A DNA stretch of 64,000 bases, taken from positions 54,226-118,225 of the forward strand of contig MGTZ01000036.1 of NCBI GenBank assembly GCA_001799715.1, written 5' to 3'. Made by a program: the position numbers and the translations under genes. Under the pieces are notes generated by a model. The model searched no databases. It was not told the DNA's origin and was given only the letters and a program-made list of their open reading frames with translations. This DNA is from Elusimicrobia bacterium GWB2_63_16. Its GTDB lineage: Bacteria; Elusimicrobiota; Elusimicrobia; Elusimicrobiales; UBA9959. Shown here one piece after another: positions 57,725 through 64,000 of this stretch; positions within the stretch are counted from its first letter, which is position 1, and each line of letters opens with the position of its first letter.

Positions 57725-58659
57725 GGGTTTTTCCTCTTCGCCGCCAGCTTGGCGGCGAACAGGATGGCGGCGGTCATGCCCGCCGGGTCGGCCTTATTCT
57801 TCCAGGCTATGTCGAAAGCGGTGCCGTGGGCCGGCGAGGTGCGCGGGAAGGAGAGGCCCCAGGTCCAGTGTACGGCCGGGGCCGCGCCGGGGGCCACCTT
57901 CAGCGGGGCCAGCGCCTGGTCGTGGTAGAGGCAGAGCAGGCCGTCGCTGGCGCCGGCCAGGTGGGCGGCCCAGGCGGCGTCTGAAGGCAGGGGGCCGCCG
58001 GCGCGCAGGCCGCTGGCGCGCAGTTCTTTCAGCGCCGGCCGGATGGCGTCTATTTCCTCCCGGCCTATCACGCCGCCGTCGCCCGCGTGCGGGTTAAGGG
58101 CGCAGACCGCGATGGATGGGCGGCGAAGGCCAAGCGCTCCCAGCGCGGAAGCGAAGAGCAGCGCCTTTTCTTTTATCAGGGCTTTTGTGAGCGCCTTGGA
58201 CAGGTCTTTCACCGGCAGATGCTCGGTGACCAGGGCGGCGTTGATCCGCCCGCGGGAGAAGAGCATCAGCGGCTCGCGGCGCTCCAGCAGGCGGAACAGG
58301 TCCGTATGGGCCGGGGCGGGGGCCCCGGCCAGCGCCCAGGCTTCCTTGGAGACCGGCGCGGTGACCAGCGCCCGGAACAGGCCGGATTTAAGCAGGCAGT
58401 AGGCGCCGGTCACGGCCCGCAGAGAGGCGGCGCCGCCGGCCTCGGTGGGCCCGGGCCGCCTGAAGTTCAGCCGGCCCGCGTCCTCGGGCAGCAGGGGGCA
58501 AAGCGCGGGGGTCCAGCCGGCCCGGCGCAGCGCGGCCGTATCGCCGATGACGGCGGGGCTGCAGGCGCGGCGCACGGCCGGGTTCAGCAGGGCCTTGACC
58601 GTTATCTCCGGCCCTATGCCCAGCGGGTCGCCGGCGGTTATCAGTATGTCTGGTTTCAC
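57721..58659 (-). CDS. pdxA: 4-hydroxythreonine-4-phosphate dehydrogenase PdxA
   Basis: TAGDPLGIGPE, TAPVSKE, NPHAGDGG..G.EE, GPLPSD, YHDQ, RTSP.HGTAFDIA; downstream of a surA-like gene. Confidence 0.92.
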   Translation of the reverse strand: MKPDILITAGDPLGIGPEITVKALLNPAVRRACSPAVIGDTAALRRAGWTPALCPLLPEDAGRLNFRRPGPTEAGGAASLRAVTGAYCLLKSGLFRALVTAPVSKEAWALAGAPAPAHTDLFRLLERREPLMLFSRGRINAALVTEHLPVKDLSKALTKALIKEKALLFASALGALGLRRPSIAVCALNPHAGDGGVIGREEIDAIRPALKELRASGLRAGGPLPSDAAWAAHLAGASDGLLCLYHDQALAPLKVAPGAAPAVHWTWGLSFPRTSPAHGTAFDIAWKNKADPAGMTAAILFAAKLAAKRKNP

Positions 58660-58719
58660 GGTTTCAGGCTAAAACAAAGCCACGGGAAAGGGTCTCCCGT
58701 GGCTCTCGCGGCGGGCGGC

Positions 58720-59826
58720 TTAGTTCTTACCGGCTTCCGCGGCGAAGATCTGTATCTTGGCGTCCTTGCGCAGCTCCTTGATGTACTTGCCGAGCTCTTC
58801 GGCGAAGGAGTTCTGAGCGAGCACCTGTTCCAGGTCGTCCCGGACGGTCTCGAAGCGCAGGCGCTGGGCCGCACGCTTCTCTTCCAGGCGCAGGATATGC
58901 CAGCCGAACTTGCTCTCCACCGGCTGGGAGTTCTCGCCCACCTGCAGCTTGAAGGCCGCGGCCTCCACTTCCTCTGGCAGCATGCCCCGTATGATGTAGC
59001 CCAGGTCGCCGCCGCGGCGGGCGCTCTCCTGGTCGTCGGAGCTTTTCTCGGCCGCCTCGTCGAAATCCAGAGCGCCGTCGAGATCCTTGCGCAGCGCGGC
59101 GGCCCTGTCCTTGGCCGCCTTCTTCTGCTCGGGCGTGGCGCCCTCGGCCACCTTTACCAGGATGTGGCGCAGGCGCAGGCGCTCGGCGGTGATCTCCTTG
59201 AACTTGCCGGCCACGGCCAGCAGGTCCTGGCGGGCCTCCTCGTCGCTGACCTTGATCTCCGCTTCCCGGCCTTTCAGGACCAGGCTGATATTCTCGAAAT
59301 AGGCCTTTGTCTCGGCCTCGCCGGGTATTTTGGCCCGGGCTTTAACGGTTTCCTGCACCAGTTTCTGCACCATCAGCTGCTTGCGGATGCGCTCGCGGAA
59401 TTCCTCCATCGTCACGCCCTCGCGCTTGAGCTCTCCGCGGAAGGCCGCCTCGGCCTTTTCGGGCGGGAGCACGCCGCCCTCGGGGGAGCGGGCGAAGCGC
59501 TTCTTGATCTCGCCCACGCCGCTCTCCAGCTCGCGCTCGTAAACCTTCAGCTTCAGGGCCTCGGCCTTCTGCCGCAGCAGAGCCTCGTCCACCAGCTTGT
59601 CCAGGGCGGCCTTCTCTATCTGCTGCTCGGCGTCCTTCTGTTTGAAGAAGTCCGGCATGGCGGCCGCGTATTGCTCGGTCATCGCGTCCTTGGCCTTCTT
59701 GTATTCGGAGACGGTTATGGGCTCGTTGTTCACCCGCGCCGCCAGTTCGTCCACCACCGCGGCCCGCGCCGGGGCGGCCAGCGCGCACAGGGCGGCGGCC
59801 GCGACAAATTTATTTATAGTCCGCAT
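58720..59826 (-). CDS. surA: SurA-like periplasmic chaperone / parvulin PPIase
   Basis: Signal peptide; AARVNNEPIT SurA N-domain; RHILVK, F.EAA.K.S.D..SA.RGGDLG, GWHILRL. Confidence 0.8.
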   Translation of the reverse strand: MRTINKFVAAAALCALAAPARAAVVDELAARVNNEPITVSEYKKAKDAMTEQYAAAMPDFFKQKDAEQQIEKAALDKLVDEALLRQKAEALKLKVYERELESGVGEIKKRFARSPEGGVLPPEKAEAAFRGELKREGVTMEEFRERIRKQLMVQKLVQETVKARAKIPGEAETKAYFENISLVLKGREAEIKVSDEEARQDLLAVAGKFKEITAERLRLRHILVKVAEGATPEQKKAAKDRAAALRKDLDGALDFDEAAEKSSDDQESARRGGDLGYIIRGMLPEEVEAAAFKLQVGENSQPVESKFGWHILRLEEKRAAQRLRFETVRDDLEQVLAQNSFAEELGKYIKELRKDAKIQIFAAEAGKN

Positions 59827-60613
59827 CTAATACCTCCACTTTGTTCTTTTCCTGGAACTTGGCCAGGTATGCGTCGAATTTCTTCTTCTCCAGTATCTTC
59901 CGGACCCGCTCCATGGCCTCGGGCTGCTCCACTTTGGCCTGGCCGAGCTTCTTGAGGATATGGAAGCCCATCGGGGTCTTCACTATGCCCTGCGTCTCGC
60001 CCTGCTTCATCTTGAAGGCCATGTCCTCCAGCTCGGGCATGAACTCGCCGTACATTACCGGCGGCAGGCGCACGGTCTCCTTGTCCAGCGAATACTCCTT
60101 CGCCGTCCTGTCGAAGTCCGCGCCGGCCTTGAGCTTGCGCACCACCTTCTCCGCTTCCTCGTAGCTGGGCATCAAAATGTGGGCCAGGGATACCTTGTAC
60201 GGGTACTTCTGGTAATACTCGGCCACTTCCTGGTCGCTGACCTTGAGCTCGTTGCCGCGCATGTCCTCTATCCACATGCGGGTCAGCATGAAATCCCTGT
60301 AGTCTTCCATCGTCCGCTTGATCTCCTCTTCCTTCTCGCGGATTCGGGCCTTGTAGTCGTCGCCGGAGGCCACGCGGCTCTTGCGGGCCGCCAGCAGCAT
60401 CAGGCGCTCGTGGATCAGCACGTCCAGGAACTGCTTGCGGCCCGGCTTGGAGGCCAGGTATTCCTGGGCCGCGGGGCTTATTTCGGCGAACTTCGCCTGC
60501 AGGTAGGACTCTGTGATCTTTTCGGAGCCGATCCTGGCTATGACCTTGCCGTCCTGACCGGAGCAGGCGGCCAGGAAAAGGGCCCCGGCCAGCAGCGTTA
60601 AATGTTTGTTCAT
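59810..60613 (-). CDS. PrsA/PpiC-type parvulin lipoprotein
   Basis: Lipobox LAAC; AHIL...EEAE.V...LKAGADF...AKEYS.D; MGFHILK. Confidence 0.8.
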   Translation of the reverse strand: MNKHLTLLAGALFLAACSGQDGKVIARIGSEKITESYLQAKFAEISPAAQEYLASKPGRKQFLDVLIHERLMLLAARKSRVASGDDYKARIREKEEEIKRTMEDYRDFMLTRMWIEDMRGNELKVSDQEVAEYYQKYPYKVSLAHILMPSYEEAEKVVRKLKAGADFDRTAKEYSLDKETVRLPPVMYGEFMPELEDMAFKMKQGETQGIVKTPMGFHILKKLGQAKVEQPEAMERVRKILEKKKFDAYLAKFQEKNKVEVLDADYK

Positions 60614-60690
60614 AATAGGAATGTATCATTTTTCACGGGGAGCGGCAAAGCGGGGCCGCCCGCTCCTAAAGATTTAATATAATCAATGGT

Positions 60691-62838
60691 ATGAATATCG
60701 TCCGCAGGTTCCTGGACTACCTGGACGGGCTCTCGGCGCGCGAGCTGGTGCTGAAGACCGTTTACATAGCAGGCGTGCTCTCCGCCGTCGTCATCCTGGC
60801 CGCCTCGCTGCTGATGCGCAAGATCCTCGCGGACATCCCCTCGGTGGACAAGCTGGACGAATATACCCCGTCGCTGACCACCTACGTCTACGACATCAAC
60901 AATAACGTTATAGCGGAGTTCTCGGTGGAGAAGCGCGCCATCCTGCCGCTCTCCAAGATACCGGTGGACATGCAGAACGCCGTGATCGCCATGGAGGACC
61001 AGAACTTTTTCCGGCACTGGGGCATCTCGCCGCGCGGCATAGCCCGCGCGCTGCTGCGCGATATCCTGCACCGCCGCACCGCGCAGGGCGGCTCCACGCT
61101 GACCCAGCAGCTCTCCAAGCTCATCTTCCTCAAGCCGGAAAAGACCATCACCCGCAAGATCAAGGAGATGGTGCTGGCGCTGCAGATAGAGCGCAACTTC
61201 TCCAAGCAGGAGATCCTGGCGCTGTACCTCAACCAGATCTATTTCGGCGCCGGCGTCTACGGCGTGCAGTCGGCCTCCAAGCTGTATTTCGGCAAGGACG
61301 TCACCGAGATGACGCTGGGCGAATGCTCGCTGCTGACCGGCCTGATCCCCTCGCCGGAGCGCTTCTCACCGTTCAACAACCCGGAACGGGCCAAGCAGCG
61401 CCGCCGGCTGGTGCTGCAGCGCATGCGGGCCGAGAACTATATCACCCAGGCGGAGGCCGAGGCCGCCGCGGCCGAGCCCATCCCCACCGAGAAGTCCACC
61501 CTGTTCGCCAGCCACGCGGCCTATTTCGTGGAGTACGTGCGCCAGCAGCTGGAGCCCAAGTACGGCATCGCCCAGCTGTGGAAGGGCGGCATGAAGATCT
61601 ATACCACGCTGGACCTCTCCATGCAGATCCCCGCGGAGGAGATCATGGAGAAGAACCTGGCCAAGTTCGACGAGGCCGCCGCCAAGCTGGCGGCCGAGGC
61701 CCCCAAGCCCGAGACCGAAGGGGAAGAGGAGGGGGTGGTGAAAGCCACCGCGCCGCTGCAGGGCGCCTTCCTGATCCTGGACACCAGGACCGGCGCCATC
61801 AAGGCCATGATAGGCGGCCGCAACTTCCGTGACAGCAAGTTCAACCGCGCCACCCAGTCGGCCCGGCAGGCCGGCTCCACGTTCAAGCCCTTCGTCTGGA
61901 TGGCCGCGCTGATGAGCGGCTACACGCCGGCCAGCATCGTCGACGACTCGCCGATGGCCTACTATTACGACGGCAAGGACTGGCGCCTGCTCGAGGGCGC
62001 CACAGACCAGTACTCCATCGACATGGCCATCCAGCCCTTCCTGGGCGACAAGGATTTCAAGATCTGGGTGCCCAACAACTATGACGGCAAGTTTCAGGGC
62101 AGGATCACGGCGCGCCGCGGCCTGGAGGCCTCGCGCAACCTGGCCTCCATCTTCCTCGTGACGCGCATCGGCCCCACGCTGGTGGCCGACGTGGGCCACC
62201 GCGCCGGTATTAAGCGCCACCTCGAGGCCGTGCCCTCCATCGGCCTCGGCACCTCGCTCGTCAGCACGGTAGAGATGGCCAGCGCTTTCTCGACTTTCGC
62301 CAACGGCGGCATACACGCCGCGCCGTTCGGCGTGCTGCGCGTGACCGACAACGGCGGCCGCGTGCTGGAGGAGGCCGTGCCCGAGGAGACCGAAGCGTTC
62401 TCGCCGCAGCTCTCCTACGTGCTGGTCAACATGATGAAGGGCGTGGTGCAGCGCGGCACCGGCGCCTACGCCAGCCGCCTCAAGCGGCCGATAGCCGGCA
62501 AGACCGGCACCAGCCAGGACTCCAAGGATATGTGGTTCATCGGCATGACGCCGGACCTGACCGCCGCGGCCTGGATGGGCTACGACGACATGAGCTCGCT
62601 GACCATGCAGGACTGGACCGGCGGCGGCACCGTGGTACCGTGGTGGACGGAGATCATGGAGGCCGTGCTCAAGGACCAGCCGGTGCGCGACTTCCAGGTG
62701 CCCGAGGGCGTGGTCTTCGTGACGGTGGACCGCGATACCGGCAAGCTCTCGCTGCCCACCTGCCCGGCCAAGAGCAAGATGCTGGAGGCCTTCATCAAGG
62801 GCACCGAGCCCAAAGAATTCTGCGACGCCGTGCACTAA
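60691..62838 (+). CDS. Class A penicillin-binding protein (PBP1A family)
   Basis: GT51 motifs EDQNFFRH.G, QGGSTLTQQL.K, RKIKE, YLNQIYFG; transpeptidase GSTFKP (SxxK), SRN, KTGT. Confidence 0.95.
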   Translation: MNIVRRFLDYLDGLSARELVLKTVYIAGVLSAVVILAASLLMRKILADIPSVDKLDEYTPSLTTYVYDINNNVIAEFSVEKRAILPLSKIPVDMQNAVIAMEDQNFFRHWGISPRGIARALLRDILHRRTAQGGSTLTQQLSKLIFLKPEKTITRKIKEMVLALQIERNFSKQEILALYLNQIYFGAGVYGVQSASKLYFGKDVTEMTLGECSLLTGLIPSPERFSPFNNPERAKQRRRLVLQRMRAENYITQAEAEAAAAEPIPTEKSTLFASHAAYFVEYVRQQLEPKYGIAQLWKGGMKIYTTLDLSMQIPAEEIMEKNLAKFDEAAAKLAAEAPKPETEGEEEGVVKATAPLQGAFLILDTRTGAIKAMIGGRNFRDSKFNRATQSARQAGSTFKPFVWMAALMSGYTPASIVDDSPMAYYYDGKDWRLLEGATDQYSIDMAIQPFLGDKDFKIWVPNNYDGKFQGRITARRGLEASRNLASIFLVTRIGPTLVADVGHRAGIKRHLEAVPSIGLGTSLVSTVEMASAFSTFANGGIHAAPFGVLRVTDNGGRVLEEAVPEETEAFSPQLSYVLVNMMKGVVQRGTGAYASRLKRPIAGKTGTSQDSKDMWFIGMTPDLTAAAWMGYDDMSSLTMQDWTGGGTVVPWWTEIMEAVLKDQPVRDFQVPEGVVFVTVDRDTGKLSLPTCPAKSKMLEAFIKGTEPKEFCDAVH

Positions 62839-62858
62839 GCGCCGCTCTCCGCCCCATA

Positions 62859-62892
62859 AAGAACGCCGGCCCCCGCCGGCGTTTCTTTTTTT
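62859..62892 (+). terminator. Intrinsic terminator after PBP1A
   Basis: GAACGCCGGC-cccc-GCCGGCGTTTC followed by a T-run. Confidence 0.75.
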
Positions 62893-62950
62893 ATAGGGAG
62901 GAGCGGCCGCGAAAAGTCCCGGCCCGACACAGATAAGCAAGGGTAGATAG

Positions 62951-63083
62951 ACGGCAGGCCGGTGAGGGTATGCCTTCGGAGGGGCCTCGCGTAGGTGAGG
63001 CTTGCGTAAGCGCCGAACCGAAGCGAAAGAGCGAGGCCACGGTGTGGCCGAGCGTACCCGTAGAAGGCGTACCCTCATCGGCC
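62951..63083 (-). repeat. Structured intergenic repeat family, copy 3 (reverse orientation)
   Basis: Reverse complement is near-identical to 44183-44314 (GAGGGTACGCCTTCTACGGGTACGCTCGGCCACACCGTGGCCTCGCTC...GAAGGCATACCCTC). Confidence 0.9.
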
Positions 63084-63103
63084 AGTTTACCGGGCAGAGG
63101 GGG

Positions 63104-64000
63104 TTATTTGTAGACGCGGGGGAGGTTGGCGTTGGCCGCGGTGCGGCGGACGTGCAGGGCGACCGGCGTGCCGGGTTTGGCTTCGGGGATGGCGGTGACG
63201 TCGAGCAGGGTGTGCGCTATGCCGGTCTTGCCGGTGAAGAAAGCCTTCTTGCCGTTGATGACGCCCCAGTAGCGGAAACCCGCCGTCAGGCGTATCTTGT
63301 TCTCGGTGGGCTCCATCGTCAGGCCGTCGGAATAGCCGGCCGGGATGGTGGCCAGGCGCATGGCGCGCGGCGCCGTGAATTCGCCGGCGTAGCCCAGCGA
63401 CTCGCCCTTCTTCACGTTCCTGACCGAAATGATGCGCGCGTAGAACTGCCAAGGGCGGCCCAGGCCGGGCAGCGGCGGGCCCTGCCTGCGCTTCCTGTAA
63501 ACGTCGGTGGGATAGATGCCGTAGAGCAAATTGCCGAGCCGGACCAGGTCCAGCTGCCAGTGGGGGAAATCGGCGAAGATGGCGCTGCTGGCGGCGTGGG
63601 CTTTAAGGCCCGGCGCCAGGGCGCGCAGCCGTCCGGCCAGCGCGCTGAAAGAGGCGAGTTTCTCTTCGGCCTCCGTCATGTTCTGCGGCGGGCGGTAGGC
63701 CAGGTGGGCCGAAACGGCGCAGGGCCGCGCCTTTTTGAAGGCCAGCGCCGCGGCCAGGAATTTTTCGGCATCGGCGGGCTTAACGCCCCAGCGGCCCAGG
63801 CCCAGGTCTATGTCGAGCGTATAGGGGGCGGCTTTTTTCGCGGCGCGGTCCAGCGCCTTTATAAAGGGAAGGGAGTCTGCGGTCGGGGCCAGGCCGGCTT
63901 TCACTATGGCCGCGGCCTCCTCGGGCAGGGAGGGCGCCAGCAGGTGTATGGGCGTCCGGGGGAAGCTCGCGCGCAGGGCGGCGCCCTCTTCGGCGGTCAG
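63104..64000 (-). CDS. alr: Alanine racemase family PLP enzyme (5' end outside the window)
   Basis: EGAALR..FPRTPIHLL, DLGLGRWG, VRLGNLLYG, GESLGY (catalytic Tyr position), TIPAGYSDG; the frame stays open to the window end. Confidence 0.75.
   Translation of the reverse strand: MTAEEGAALRASFPRTPIHLLAPSLPEEAAAIVKAGLAPTADSLPFIKALDRAAKKAAPYTLDIDLGLGRWGVKPADAEKFLAAALAFKKARPCAVSAHLAYRPPQNMTEAEEKLASFSALAGRLRALAPGLKAHAASSAIFADFPHWQLDLVRLGNLLYGIYPTDVYRKRRQGPPLPGLGRPWQFYARIISVRNVKKGESLGYAGEFTAPRAMRLATIPAGYSDGLTMEPTENKIRLTAGFRYWGVINGKKAFFTGKTGIAHTLLDVTAIPEAKPGTPVALHVRRTAANANLPRVYK

Noticed and set aside
52003-62838. mnmA/ddl/pdxA/surA/PBP1A as parts of the motor system
   Set aside because: Ordinary housekeeping genes beyond the terminator at 51939-51964; surA-pdxA adjacency is classical

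Overview
GC-rich diderm bacterial window. The gene style resembles Elusimicrobiota, but that is recall-based inference, not a search result. The core is a ~49 kb co-oriented + strand locus (2.7-52 kb). It opens with a sigma70 promoter carrying a TTGACATGTCAA palindrome, a GCGGU-repeat leader and a GEMM-I (c-di-GMP-I family) riboswitch with the A20 c-AMP-GMP-type signature. These precede a secreted HEAT protein and a 12,759-aa Ig-repeat surface protein with a T9SS/FlgD-like C-terminal domain. An identical promoter/palindrome and a second A20 riboswitch precede a PorV-like barrel fused to TPRs. Next come a signal peptide-FliF ring domain-TM-FliG(M/C)-TPR fusion, a Pro-rich long coiled coil, flbD, motA, motB, a lipoprotein and a terminator. 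No flagellar export, rod, hook or filament genes lie in the window, and rotor/stator residues are remodelled. The best hypothesis is a cyclic-dinucleotide-controlled, flagellum-derived rotary motor repurposed for giant-adhesin secretion or surface motility. The flanks hold a catalytically dead S41 protease, mnmA, ddl, a GYF-domain membrane protein, pdxA, two parvulin chaperones, PBP1A, a partial alanine-racemase-family gene and three copies of a structured ~130-bp 3'-UTR repeat. All motif alignments were made by eye.
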